Shown here piece by piece: positions 20,091-30,856 of a DNA stretch of 64,000 bases (positions are counted from its first letter, which is position 1; every line of letters begins with the position of its first letter). Below the pieces are notes generated by a model. That model saw nothing but the letters and a program-made list of their open reading frames with translations, searched no databases and was not told where the DNA came from. The DNA lies in contig CAZEJU010000001.1 in assembly GCA_964512695.1 (NCBI GenBank), forward strand, positions 71,803 through 135,802, written 5' to 3'. Position numbers and translations under genes: made by a program. Source of the stretch: an uncultured Gammaproteobacteria bacterium (GTDB lineage Bacteria; Patescibacteriota; Microgenomatia; Levybacterales; UBA12049).

Positions 20091-20420
20091 ATGGCGAAAT
20101 ATCCTGTTTTCATCGGACTGTTATTACTTATAATATTCTTCGGATTTCTTATTTTTCCTTCCCACGATACTGATGCAAAAGTACAAGCAAACGAAGTAAC
20201 CAATACAAGTAAGATGCAGAAAGAAACAATGAATAGTACTTTTTACAATTTTTATTGGCTTTCACTTCTATCTATATTGGCTTTACCTTTCATACTACGT
20301 TTACTTAACCTAAAAGAGGATACAGATATCGACGAAGATGACTTACATGACTATTCAGAAAGTGTCGGTATGAAAGGCGGTTTTAGCAAAAGTGCATCTG
20401 AAGAAGATGAAGATTTATAG
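20091..20420 (+). CDS. Small two-TM protein with acidic tail, unknown function
   Basis: SD-like GGGGGTGA upstream; two hydrophobic segments; D/E-rich C-terminus. Confidence 0.6.
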   Translation: MAKYPVFIGLLLLIIFFGFLIFPSHDTDAKVQANEVTNTSKMQKETMNSTFYNFYWLSLLSILALPFILRLLNLKEDTDIDEDDLHDYSESVGMKGGFSKSASEEDEDL

Positions 20421-20472
20421 GTACAACATACTAATAAGTTATACGAACAACGTACAGTTTTTTATTGTCTCA

Positions 20473-21843
20473 TTACTCAACAACACTACAAGCAATTTTT
20501 ATTCCTTCCGAGAACGTAGGATATGCATGAAGCATTTCTGCAAGCACCTTCGCTTTAACACGTAGTTTGATTGCTAACGCAATCTCATGGATCATTTCTC
20601 CAGCACTGGGTGCTACAATAGACCCCCCGATAATTACACCATTTTTATCAGTGATGATCTTAACGAACCCATCAAGTTCATTAGAAGTATTTGCTCTTCC
20701 CAAAATTGCTATTGCTATAATCCCTTTTTTAATTGGTATCCCTTTTGTTTTAGCATCTTCTTCACTCATTCCTACTGATGCAACTTCTGGCTCTATAAAC
20801 ACAGCACGTGGAACTACTTTATAATCTGGAACTATTTTTTCATTTGAAAAAGCGTTGCGGGCAGCTATATAACTTTGATAATAACCAACATGGGTAAAAA
20901 GAAATGGTCCTATAATATCGCCTGCTGCATATATGTGGGGTAGAGAGGTCTGTAAATATTTATTTACCTTGAGACGGTGATGTTCAATCTTAAGTCCCGC
21001 TCTCTCAGGATCAAAATCAAGTACTGGGACTTTTCCTGTCGCTATAAGTATTTCATCAAATTCATGTTTATATACTCCATCTTTTCTTCTAAACCAAACT
21101 TCTTTTTTTTGTCCTCTTTTTTCAATCTTTTCAATAGATGTATTTACCATTACAGATATTCCTTGATTTTCGAATAACGCTTGAACTAAACTGCTTACTT
21201 CTATGTCTTCTTTTGATAATATTCTTTCTGAACGATTTACCAAAACAACCTTACTACCAAAAGATGAAAAAATTTGTGCGAATTCGCATCCAACCGCCCC
21301 TCCGCCAAAAATAAGAATTGAAGATGGAAGTTTGGAGAAATCTACTGCTTGTTTAAACGTTATATATCCTGCCTCTTCTAAGCCTGATATTGGTGGAATA
21401 AAAACTTTCGAACCAGTAGCTATGAGAAATTTTCGCGCAGAATATACTTTTCCACCTGCTTCTATTTGATGAGGAGAAATAAAATGAGCCTTTGCGTGAT
21501 ATACGTGAATTCCATCTTTTTGAAAGGAATGCTTACCATGTGCCGCTCCGGTACGAGACACAACTAGATCTTTCCACTCTTTAATTTTTTGGTAATGCAA
21601 ACTTACACCTGTCGTTTTTATGCCAAAATATTCTAGGTTTTTTGCATGAGAATACATTTTTGCGCTATGCAGTAATGCTTTCGTTGGAACACACGCAAAA
21701 TTCGGACATTCTCCACCTATTGCATCTAACTCGAATAAAGCGACTTTTTTTCCTTTTGAAGCAGCAAAATGAGCCCCAACACTACCTCCAGCACCACTAC
21801 CAATCACGATTAAATCATAGTCATAATGTTTCTTTTTCAACAT
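20473..21843 (-). CDS. Class I pyridine nucleotide-disulfide oxidoreductase (Lpd/MerA-like)
   Basis: GSGAGG, GGECPNFACVPTK, GGGAVGCE, YAAGD, HAYPTFSE. Confidence 0.9.
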   Translation of the reverse strand: MLKKKHYDYDLIVIGSGAGGSVGAHFAASKGKKVALFELDAIGGECPNFACVPTKALLHSAKMYSHAKNLEYFGIKTTGVSLHYQKIKEWKDLVVSRTGAAHGKHSFQKDGIHVYHAKAHFISPHQIEAGGKVYSARKFLIATGSKVFIPPISGLEEAGYITFKQAVDFSKLPSSILIFGGGAVGCEFAQIFSSFGSKVVLVNRSERILSKEDIEVSSLVQALFENQGISVMVNTSIEKIEKRGQKKEVWFRRKDGVYKHEFDEILIATGKVPVLDFDPERAGLKIEHHRLKVNKYLQTSLPHIYAAGDIIGPFLFTHVGYYQSYIAARNAFSNEKIVPDYKVVPRAVFIEPEVASVGMSEEDAKTKGIPIKKGIIAIAILGRANTSNELDGFVKIITDKNGVIIGGSIVAPSAGEMIHEIALAIKLRVKAKVLAEMLHAYPTFSEGIKIACSVVE

Positions 21844-21902
21844 AATACATAAATATTCACTAAAAATAATAACTGATTAATGCGGACTTAACTCCGACTA
21901 CC

Positions 21903-22181
21903 TCAGTAAATATCTTTGTGATTTCTATACATGTATGTAGCATCTGGATGGTATTTCTCTAATTCCGTTGCCGCGATTTCACGTAGTTGCTTCGTAGTAA
22001 TTTCTTTTTTATCCGCAAGTTTTTTTTCTATCTCGCTACTAACCATATTCGCAAGTAACTCTGCTTCCTCATGATGCATTCTAAGGGTCATACATGCAGC
22101 ATATATACTGCCATAAAGCTTACGAATATCAAAATATTCTTTATGTCCTTTGCGTTTAATAATGTGTTGTTTGTCGTACAT
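21903..22181 (-). CDS. Stand-alone ATP-cone domain protein
   Basis: IIKRKGHKEYFDIRKL ... ITTKQLR ... Y pattern. Confidence 0.75.
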   Translation of the reverse strand: MYDKQHIIKRKGHKEYFDIRKLYGSIYAACMTLRMHHEEAELLANMVSSEIEKKLADKKEITTKQLREIAATELEKYHPDATYMYRNHKDIY

Positions 22182-22219
22182 ACTATACTACTGGTTATAG
22201 AAGTTCCAGAAGCTTAGAT

Positions 22220-22310
22220 ATTAAAAATCAAATAACAAAGAGTAAAAATACATAGAAACATTTAAAATTTTATATGTATATTTAATTTTTTATTTTTAAT
22301 ATTTTATACT
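22220..22310. repeat. Degenerate AT-rich heptamer inverted-repeat element
   Basis: TTAAAAA/TCAAATA/GTAAAAA ... TTTTTAA arms. Confidence 0.5.
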
Positions 22311-22336
22311 TGGATCTTCCGATGTATATAAGGACA

Positions 22337-23041
22337 CTAACCGAAATTAATTGTACCATTTGCAATCAATATCAAAAGCCATCCGAGGAAGATTAACATT
22401 AAACCTATAGAGAACCGCATATAACCCTTATTTGCTTGCTTCCACTTCTTTACTTTATTTACTTTCATACCCGCTGCTACCAATAATAAAATAATAATTA
22501 GGGGAAGGACAAAGACAATGTTATACAAAATAAGAAGTATAAAAGCATTTACATCGAAATTTAATGAAAGCATAGTAATTATTGCTAAATAGGGTGCCCC
22601 AGTACAAGGAAGCTCAACCGCAGCAATAAAGCAACCTAAAAATATAACTCCAGGTACAGTAACATTTTTTGAATATGTATGAATCTTTTCAGCAAAATAG
22701 GGTGGTATTTGTAAAGAAAATCCTTTTCCGTACCAGAAAAAGTCCTTAATTTCCAGCAAACCAGCAGCGATAACAAAACCACCGACAATAATTGAAAGAT
22801 ACTCAGCCACATAAAGTGGAACTGTCGATAAAAAATATACTAAGCCTAAACCCGCTAGAAGATACGTTAAGAAAATAGCTCCAATATATAATCCGCCAAG
22901 TAGAAGTAATCTTCTTGTAGAATTCTTTCCTCCAAGTACGACAGAAATCATTAAAATAAGAACACCTATGGCACAAGGATTAATAGAATCAATTGCGGCT
23001 GAACCTATAACTACTGATAATGTCGGTAAATGCAAATCCAT
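22337..23041 (-). CDS. CcdA/DsbD-like transmembrane electron transporter
   Basis: DSINPCA and ELPCTGAPY cysteines in a six-TM protein. Confidence 0.8.
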   Translation of the reverse strand: MDLHLPTLSVVIGSAAIDSINPCAIGVLILMISVVLGGKNSTRRLLLLGGLYIGAIFLTYLLAGLGLVYFLSTVPLYVAEYLSIIVGGFVIAAGLLEIKDFFWYGKGFSLQIPPYFAEKIHTYSKNVTVPGVIFLGCFIAAVELPCTGAPYLAIITMLSLNFDVNAFILLILYNIVFVLPLIIILLLVAAGMKVNKVKKWKQANKGYMRFSIGLMLIFLGWLLILIANGTINFG

Positions 23042-23087
23042 ATACTTTCGTCCGTCAGCTGACTGACCGATATTCGTGTTTCGATTT

Positions 23088-23822
23088 TTATTTTATAGGA
23101 AACACTTCTTCTTCTAATTTTCCGATTTGTTTTGCTACTTTATAACTTCTACATAGTCTTTCAGTACGTAATTTTCGTTCACCAAACTCGACTATAACGC
23201 AGTCACCTGTAGGGACATTTCCGTAAGGTGAAATAATATAATTTTCTGGATTTGTTACTTTTTCCTGGTAATAATTATTATTTTTTGTAGTTCTAAAAAC
23301 AAATACTTGAACTTCTCCTAAACCACCATTTTCACATGCATCACCTGTTCTATATGTCAATAAACCTTTTTCTGTAGGAAGACTCAAGCTGTCACCAGTT
23401 ATATGTCCGCCTACTACATCAAAGAACTTACCCAAACTCGCGTCTGGAGGTGTAATAACAACACCTTCTAAATGGATACGTTTATCATTATGTTCATGCA
23501 AAGTGTTCGTTCCGATTTTATTCGATAAGCCTTTAGGATCTACCAATTCGATCTCTCTACCACATGCCCACACCTCAAAATCAGCATGCCAATGAACCGG
23601 ACCTTTACTTGATGAGATAGTATTTACGTAGAAAGTCGAAATAGCAAAATAAAGAGTGGGCAGTATAGAAGTCAAAACAATAGCGCCAAAGAGAAGTTTT
23701 TTTACTAATTCACCCGGTTTTTTAAGCGTTAATGAAATTCCTGTAAACACAAAAAGAAGAACTGAAGCAATACCTACAGTATATAATGACGTTCTCGCAA
23801 TGACTTCCTCTATGTTTTCCAT
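23088..23822 (-). CDS. Membrane-anchored hypothetical protein with His motifs
   Basis: Two TM helices, HWHADF, LHEHND..IHLEG, four Cys. Confidence 0.7.
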   Translation of the reverse strand: MENIEEVIARTSLYTVGIASVLLFVFTGISLTLKKPGELVKKLLFGAIVLTSILPTLYFAISTFYVNTISSSKGPVHWHADFEVWACGREIELVDPKGLSNKIGTNTLHEHNDKRIHLEGVVITPPDASLGKFFDVVGGHITGDSLSLPTEKGLLTYRTGDACENGGLGEVQVFVFRTTKNNNYYQEKVTNPENYIISPYGNVPTGDCVIVEFGERKLRTERLCRSYKVAKQIGKLEEEVFPIK

Positions 23823-23886
23823 GGGCAGAAACTAATATAATACTACCATATACTACTTTTAAAGTAATATACAAGAAGTAAGAACG

Positions 23887-23965
23887 AAAAAGTTAAAAGT
23901 CAAAGGCAATAAGTTTCTATTGTACTTTTAACTTTCAACTTTTGACTTTTGACTTTTAACTTTTA
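23887..23965. repeat. Heptamer inverted-repeat element (TTAAAAG/TCAAAGG ... CTTTTGA/CTTTTAA)
   Basis: Same unit type as 1210-1290. Confidence 0.85.
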
Positions 23966-23966
23966 T

Positions 23967-26621
23967 TTATATCTCTATTTGTTTTTTAAACAGCTTAAAA
24001 GGAATCCAAAGTAAAATACTAACAACAAAGATATAAAGCCAATCTATAGAATCAATACGATGTACTTCGAACAGTCTCGCTAAAAACGGAACGTAAACAA
24101 TCATAACTTGGAGTATGATTGTTAGGATAATAGCCATGAATAACCACTTATTCGACAAGAAAGGTGTGTTATAACTCGAACGTATAATAAAAAGATAGAC
24201 AAGCTCAAAGAACGCTATTGCGATAAACGTTGCACCTTTAGCTTCGATTTCACTTTCCCGGTTTATATTAAAAACATACAAACCTATAAGCGCAACTGTA
24301 AGCATACAACCGAAAATCACCATTTCTACCCACATCTTTCTCGTAATAATAGCGGTATGGAATTTTTTAGGTGAAAAATTCATAATATCTTTTTCTGCCT
24401 TATCCATTCCCAATGCAACTGCAGGTAATCCATCTGTAACGACATTTATCCAGAGCAACATGGTAGCAGTAAGTAATAAATCCTTGAAAAGGATAATACC
24501 CGCAAAAATTAAAATTACTTCTCCTATATTACATGAAAGTAAATATTGAACGAATTTTCTGATATTTTGGAATATTCCTCGTCCTTCTTCAATAGCAGCA
24601 ACAATTGTAGAAAATTTATCATCAAGTAATACGATTTCCGAAGCTTCTTTCGCAACATCAGTTCCTGTAATTCCCATTGCGATTCCTACATCAGCTTTTT
24701 TCAATGCTGGAGCATCATTTACACCATCACCAGTCATAGCGACTATGTGTCCGTTTTTCTTTAACGCTGTGACGATCTTCATCTTAGATGCTGGATTAAT
24801 ACGCGCATAGACACTAATTCTTTCAACTGCTTTCGTAAATTCTTTTTCACTCATAGCTTCTAGTGCTTGACCCGTAATAGATTCTCCTTCTATACCTATC
24901 TCTCGTGCAATAGCTTTTGCGGTAGCTTCATGATCACCAGTAATCATCAGCGTCCGTATGCCAGATCGCTTACACTGTTCAATTAAAGGCTTTACTTCAA
25001 CTCTTGCAGGATCAATCATTCCTTGGACACCTAAAAATTCAAGCTCTTTTTCAAATATCCCAGGTTTTTCTTTTAATTTTTCAAAATCTTTTATCGAAAG
25101 TGGACGGCAGGCAAATGCCAAAGTACGCAGAGCCCGAGAATTCATATCATCAACAATTTTTTGAATTTGCTGCCGTTCTTCTTTGCCTTCTGTGGTTCTT
25201 TCAAGAATGACTTCCGGGGCACCTTTCGTATATAACATGTAGTTTTTACCTACTTTTACAACAACTGACATCATTTTCCGTTCACTACTAAAAGGAATTT
25301 CAAATACTCTTTCAAACTTTTCGTCAAAACCCGCTTTTTTCGCGCTGACTAAAAGAGCAATTTCAGTGGGATCTCCTAAAAAACTATTTTTTTGATCTGT
25401 GGCATTATTACAAACATACCCAGCTTCGAAAAGAGAACGGAGTGGGGAAGGGTCGACTTTTTTATTATCTAAAAGTAACATTCCCTGTTTTTCATATCCT
25501 GTCCCAGTTAGGGTATACAGTTTTTTCGCTGCATATAATTCCCGGACAGTCATTTCATTCTTCGTTAACGTTCCAGTTTTATCTGAACAAATGACATCGA
25601 CTGACCCCAGGGTTTCAACAGCATTGAGCTTTCTAACTAATGCATTCTTTTTTACCATGCGTTGTGTACCCACAGCTAAACTAATTGTTACTACAGCAGG
25701 CAAACCTTCAGGGATTGCGGCAACTGCGAGTGCTACTGCTGCTATAAATGAATGAAGAACTTTCTGAAGTAACGGTTGTGATGAATATTCGTTTGCAAAA
25801 AACGCAATAAAGAAAAATACTACTATACAAATTCCTAAAACGATATAACCAATAGCTTTCCCTATAGCATCTAAACGTTTTTGAATAGGTGTTTGATCTG
25901 TTCTTTCTCCGGCTACTAGCTGTGCAATCGCACCGATCTCTGTGGCGTCACCAGTTTTTACAACAACACCTAATCCTCGTCCGGATGTGACCGCAGTACC
26001 TGCAAAAACCATGTTCGTCTGATCTGCTATTTGCAACTTTTCATTCAGTATTTCATCACTTTTTTCTACTGTGGTTGATTCTCCCGTAAGGGAGGCTTCA
26101 TTTAGATAGAGGCTTGAGGATTGCAACACCCGAATATCGGCAGGAACTTTAAGACCTTCTTCAAGAAAAATAATATCTCCTGGAACGATCTCAGTGACAT
26201 CAATTTCTTTTTCTTCATTATCTCTTCGAACTTTTGCTTTAAAAGCAAGAAGCTTTTTTAATGATTCTAGTGCTTTTTCAGCTTTATATTCCTGGATGAA
26301 TCCAAGAAATGTAATCATTAAAACAATAGCCAGGATAAGTCCAGCTTCGATGAGATCTGATTGTTCACGTTCCCCAAAAAAATAGACAAAGAGTACAAGA
26401 ACAACTGCTACTAATAATATAATAGTTAAGGCATTTTTAAACTGGCTTAAAAAAATTGAAAGGGCTGAAATCTTTTTCTTCGGAGTAAGTCTATTTAAAC
26501 CATATTCTTCTATGCGCTTTTTAACATCAGATTCAGATAAACCTGCTATAGATGTACCTAATAAAGCTAGAACTTTTTCTTTTGGCAGAGAATGGGGGGA
26601 AGTAATACTATTCGTTGGCAT
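23967..26621 (-). CDS. P-type cation-transporting ATPase (Ca2+-type, PII)
   Basis: TGES, PEGL, DKTGT, KGAPE, TGDH, TGDGVNDAPALKKAD. Confidence 0.95.
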   Translation of the reverse strand: MPTNSITSPHSLPKEKVLALLGTSIAGLSESDVKKRIEEYGLNRLTPKKKISALSIFLSQFKNALTIILLVAVVLVLFVYFFGEREQSDLIEAGLILAIVLMITFLGFIQEYKAEKALESLKKLLAFKAKVRRDNEEKEIDVTEIVPGDIIFLEEGLKVPADIRVLQSSSLYLNEASLTGESTTVEKSDEILNEKLQIADQTNMVFAGTAVTSGRGLGVVVKTGDATEIGAIAQLVAGERTDQTPIQKRLDAIGKAIGYIVLGICIVVFFFIAFFANEYSSQPLLQKVLHSFIAAVALAVAAIPEGLPAVVTISLAVGTQRMVKKNALVRKLNAVETLGSVDVICSDKTGTLTKNEMTVRELYAAKKLYTLTGTGYEKQGMLLLDNKKVDPSPLRSLFEAGYVCNNATDQKNSFLGDPTEIALLVSAKKAGFDEKFERVFEIPFSSERKMMSVVVKVGKNYMLYTKGAPEVILERTTEGKEERQQIQKIVDDMNSRALRTLAFACRPLSIKDFEKLKEKPGIFEKELEFLGVQGMIDPARVEVKPLIEQCKRSGIRTLMITGDHEATAKAIAREIGIEGESITGQALEAMSEKEFTKAVERISVYARINPASKMKIVTALKKNGHIVAMTGDGVNDAPALKKADVGIAMGITGTDVAKEASEIVLLDDKFSTIVAAIEEGRGIFQNIRKFVQYLLSCNIGEVILIFAGIILFKDLLLTATMLLWINVVTDGLPAVALGMDKAEKDIMNFSPKKFHTAIITRKMWVEMVIFGCMLTVALIGLYVFNINRESEIEAKGATFIAIAFFELVYLFIIRSSYNTPFLSNKWLFMAIILTIILQVMIVYVPFLARLFEVHRIDSIDWLYIFVVSILLWIPFKLFKKQIEI

Positions 26622-26715
26622 ACGTAATATGGCTATCCTGTTGCGATCTCTAAAATATACAATACTCCACGACCCATTGACAAGCATTAAAATCTTTGCT
26701 TAAGTATAGTTAATT

Positions 26716-26847
26716 ATGGGCATTTTTGGATTAATATCAGGGAAAAAAACAGATAAAAAAGATAAGAAAAGTCAAAAAAAAGTTTCATCCAAAATGATGA
26801 AAGCTAAATCAGTAAAAAAGAAAGCTAAAACCTGCGAATTCTGCTAG
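26716..26847 (+). CDS. 43-aa Lys-rich microprotein ending in CxxC (not in ORF track)
   Basis: MGIFGLISGKKTDKKDKKSQKKVSSKMMKAKSVKKKAKTCEFC*; TATAGT 5 nt upstream. Confidence 0.6.
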   Translation: MGIFGLISGKKTDKKDKKSQKKVSSKMMKAKSVKKKAKTCEFC

Positions 26848-26950
26848 ATATTATTTTTCTTCTTCGGTTGCATGACGTGCGTCGGAAGTCAACTATATCT
26901 AAGTTTCACTACACATTATATTCGGACAAAGACCTTCTGACAGATAACGC

Positions 26951-27178
26951 TTATTTTTTATGTTTATGATGTACATGATGTGTTGCTTTTTTCCGGCGGC
27001 GGTGAAGATAGATATATTCTAAAAACAAAGCTCCAACTATAAGAAAAAATAATAAAAATAAAGTACTATCTCCGGAACACGAAATTCGATCCAGCATATG
27101 TTGTGCTTTCGCCATGCATTGTTCTTCATACAGTAACTCATATCCTGGTGAAGTTGGTGGTAAATTCTTATAATTCAT
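26951..27178 (-). CDS. Small membrane protein with His/Lys-rich tail
   Basis: One TM segment, then RRRKKATHHVHHKHKK. Confidence 0.55.
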   Translation of the reverse strand: MNYKNLPPTSPGYELLYEEQCMAKAQHMLDRISCSGDSTLFLLFFLIVGALFLEYIYLHRRRKKATHHVHHKHKK

Positions 27179-27187
27179 AGTTTAATA

Positions 27188-27745
27188 CTAACGAAAAACA
27201 ATAACTGAAGCAATAAAGAAATAAATGAGTAAGCTGAGTAAATCCTGGATAACAGTCGCAAACGGACCAGCTCCAACTGCAGGATCTTTATGTTCTTTCC
27301 AGAGAAGGGTAGGGACGAGAAGACCGATAATAGGAGCAATTGCCATCGTTACATACATAGAGAGGCCTACTGCAAAAGTAGTATCAACTGATTTAAACCA
27401 TAGGTAAGCAAAAATTCCAGTACAAATTCCAAAAAATAAACCAAGTAAGTTGCCGAGAACAAACTCCTTAATAAGATAAATTGAGATATGTGTCCGTTTT
27501 CGGGTTAAATTTCTGATATATACGGATTGTGTCTGATGCCCCATGGCATCAGCCATATACACAATGACAGGAATGAAAAACGCAAGGTATAAATTTTTTT
27601 CAAGAACTTTTTCGAAAGAGGAGGCAAGGATAGTCGCGCCAATACCCCCAAGCAAACCGATAGCCAACCAAGGAACGCGATGTTCGATCATAAGACTCAT
27701 CGGTTCTTTCGCATCATCCTCAAGCAATATTTTTTCCCCAGCCAT
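27188..27745 (-). CDS. MgtE-type Mg2+ transporter, membrane domain only
   Basis: RVPWL, FIPVI, DPAVGAGPFATVIQD. Confidence 0.85.
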   Translation of the reverse strand: MAGEKILLEDDAKEPMSLMIEHRVPWLAIGLLGGIGATILASSFEKVLEKNLYLAFFIPVIVYMADAMGHQTQSVYIRNLTRKRTHISIYLIKEFVLGNLLGLFFGICTGIFAYLWFKSVDTTFAVGLSMYVTMAIAPIIGLLVPTLLWKEHKDPAVGAGPFATVIQDLLSLLIYFFIASVIVFR

Positions 27746-28058
27746 ACCTAAACTCTACCACATTATTAAAATTATAAACAAGTATTTACTTTAACTAACC
27801 CCTAATATGATTTCTAAAAGTATCCATCCTGGCATAAAACTTAATACTCCCTTTGAAGTTATTCGGCTCTCACAAATGTCCAGAGAGATTACTATCTTAT
27901 TTACAAAAAATATTTTCAGTGATATACTAGCTTGTAATCATCGAAGATTCATTCCTGGATTAATATCGTGATTCTGCTTCGAATCAAATGTATTTCTTCC
28001 TAGCCTTCAATTGATTACTCTTTAATCAAATTTTGTTTTATATTTTAATCTTTTGTTT

Positions 28059-30001
28059 ATGAGCGCTGGCAACAGAAATAGCGAAATAAGTAATAATAAA
28101 AATCATAAAAAAATGACACTTCTTGCCTTAGGTGCTCTTGGCGTAGTATATGGAGACATAGGGACATCTCCACTATATGCTATAAATGAAATTTTCTTCG
28201 GACATGCAAAGCTTTCTCATACATATAACAATATTATAGGAGGGATCAGTACTGTATTTTGGGCACTAACACTTATTGTATCTTTTAAGTATGTACTGTT
28301 TGTACTTCGTGCCGATAACGAAGGAGAGGGAGGAGTCTTTGCGTTATATGGATTGATAAGACATTTAAAAAAAAGTCTGTCGGATTATTACTTGCACTGC
28401 TTATAATCGCAGCTGGACTGTTATTCGGTGATGGCATTATTACTCCAGCGATCAGTGTTGTCTCAGCTATCGAAGGCTTAAAAATTGCTACGCCATTATT
28501 GTCTCCTTATGTAGTTCCAATAACAATACTCATCCTTACAGGGCTTTTTATGATTCAAAGTAAAGGTACAGCAAAAATTGGAAATCTCTTTGGACCCATA
28601 GTCAGCATTTGGTTTCTTTCCATAAGTTTATTGGGCATTAATCAGATTTTTCAACATCCGCAAATACTTCAGGCATTCAATCCATTAAATATGCTAACTT
28701 TTATACAAACACATGAATTACACACCATACTATTTTTTTTAGGATCTGTGATGCTTGTAGTAACTGGTGGAGAAGCAATGTATGCTGATATGGGACATTT
28801 TGGTCGAACCCCTATCCGAATAAGTTGGTTTTCTATTGTATATCCTTCACTTGTTTTAAATTACCTTGGTCAAGGAGCATATTTATTAAGTCATAAAGAA
28901 ATTATAGGTGAAAATATCTTTTATAGTATGGTTCCTAGTTGGGGACTTTATCCTATGGTAATACTTGCTACAATGGCAACAATTATTGCATCTCAAGCAC
29001 TAATATCAGGCGCGTTTTCTTTAACCATTCAAGCCATTCAGCTGGGCTTATTACCATATATGAAGGTAATACATACACACGAAGAGCAAAAAGGCCAAAT
29101 TTATATTCCATTTGTAAACTGGGCATTATATATCGGTTGTGTTCTACTTGTAGTTACATTCAAATCAAGCACAAATCTCGCCTCTGCATATGGTTTAGCA
29201 GTGTCAGGAGTAATGCTTGTTACCTCTCTGGGAATGATAATGATTTCTCATTACTATTGGAAGTGGAGCTGGTTTAAGACATTAGCCTTATGGATACCAT
29301 TGGCATGTATTGATGGAATATTCTTAACTTCTAATTCAATAAAAATTTTTTCTGGAGGATATATACCGTTAATTATCGGATTTGGTGTTCTAATATTTAT
29401 GCAAACGTGGGAATGGGGCAGAAAACATGTTACCGATACGTTCGAAAAACTAAAAAATTACAAAGTTGCGGACTTAGTACGTATTAAAAAAGAAAATGAT
29501 TCCGTTTTACCTAGATCTATAGTGCTTATGACAAAACAACCCTTAGAAAGGTTGGAGGATAGTAGCCCATATATGCAACTTTTCTTAGATAGATATGGAA
29601 TTCTACCCGAACATTTATTGTTCCTTTACGTTGAAGTTACAGATCAACCGCATAACTACCAAGATAGATATGAGATTATTTCATTTTATCAACATATCGA
29701 TAAAGGAAGTATATTATCCGTTAAAGCAAAGTACGGATTTATGGAAGATATTGATGTTGAGTTATTACTTAGAGATCTTGCAAAACATAAAGCAATTCCT
29801 ATAGAAGAAGATCCGCGAGAGTGGCTTATTCATGCTGTACATGAAAGAATACTACGTGGCGAATTTAAATCAATAGTTGATAAAATGCGATATATACTAT
29901 TTATTATGATACATAGAGTCACTACTCACGCTGATACATACTTCAACCTCGGTAGAAGAAATAAACTTACAATTGAGATACTTCCAGTATATATCCACTA
30001 G
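28059..30001 (+). pseudogene. kup: KUP/HAK/KT potassium transporter split by a -1 frameshift at an A8 run
   Basis: [13 protein letters not shown] and DNEGEGG in the first frame; GDGIITPAISV, GGEAMYADMGHFG and GQIYIP in the shifted frame. Confidence 0.88.
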
Positions 30002-30149
30002 ATTTTTTTCAAGGGAAAAAAGTTATTTAACACGTTAAGTAAAGTACTACAATGTTATTACTCCACCTAAGTCTCTCAATCTAACAAAAGGTAAAATTTG
30101 TAAATGGTTGCGATTAAGCAATATTTATCACAAAGAAACTCACATAGTT

Positions 30150-30438
30150 TTTCATTTTACTGGACTCTCTGTTATTTCGGGCAGAAACGAAGTCGCATTT
30201 GGTGATTATATGGGTTCCGCAGCAGCAAATACCTTACTATTCGGAGTATTTACTTTACTTCATAATGGGGAAAATGCTGACCATAGCTAATTTCTTTACA
30301 ACGTTTTTTTTCATCACCCTGGCATTAGTATCATTCTATGTCCTAGCAGAAATGAACAACAAACTGACAAGAAATAAAGGATATATTTTATTAGCAATGT
30401 ATGTATTATTTGTCTGTTACGAATTTTTCAGCGTTTGA
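30150..30438 (+). pseudogene. C-terminal fragment of a Ca2+/Na+ antiporter (CaCA/YrbG-like), frameshifted
   Basis: VAFGDYMGSAAAN alpha-repeat-like motif, then KLTRNKGYILLAMY in another frame. Confidence 0.65.
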
Positions 30439-30453
30439 AGTATTCCGACTACA

Positions 30454-30849
30454 TCATTTTACTCTGAAGTTCTTATCTTTATTTTTATCCCATCGTTCCT
30501 TCAGTACTGTCATTACTTCCTCTTCTAAAATACCTTGAGATATAAGTTTATCTCGAAGATCCGGATCATATTTTTGATAATTCCTCTCCATTTTTTTTGA
30601 AATAGCTTCCTCTAAATCTATTTCACACTTCGAAGCAAGAGAGGTTAAAATTAATATACAATCTGCGATTTCTTCCGCAATTTCTCCCTTGATCCCTGAG
30701 GTAATTGCTGTCTCAAGTTCTTCCATCTCTTGTATAGCTCGTTTAAAGGTCACTATAGATTCTACATCTAATCCAAGCCTTTTTAGAAGATATGCTTGTT
30801 TATCCTGCATTTCCTTTAGTGTACGAACGTTATAATTCTGCGTTTTCAT
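30454..30849 (-). CDS. MazG-like NTP pyrophosphohydrolase
   Basis: QEMEEL ... EEIAD acidic motifs; IDLEEAISKKMERN. Confidence 0.8.
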   Translation of the reverse strand: MKTQNYNVRTLKEMQDKQAYLLKRLGLDVESIVTFKRAIQEMEELETAITSGIKGEIAEEIADCILILTSLASKCEIDLEEAISKKMERNYQKYDPDLRDKLISQGILEEEVMTVLKERWDKNKDKNFRVK

Positions 30850-30856
30850 ATTACTA

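Noticed and set aside
20473-21843. Mercury resistance (merA)
   Set aside because: No C-terminal Cys-Cys pair, no N-terminal metal-binding domain and no mer operon
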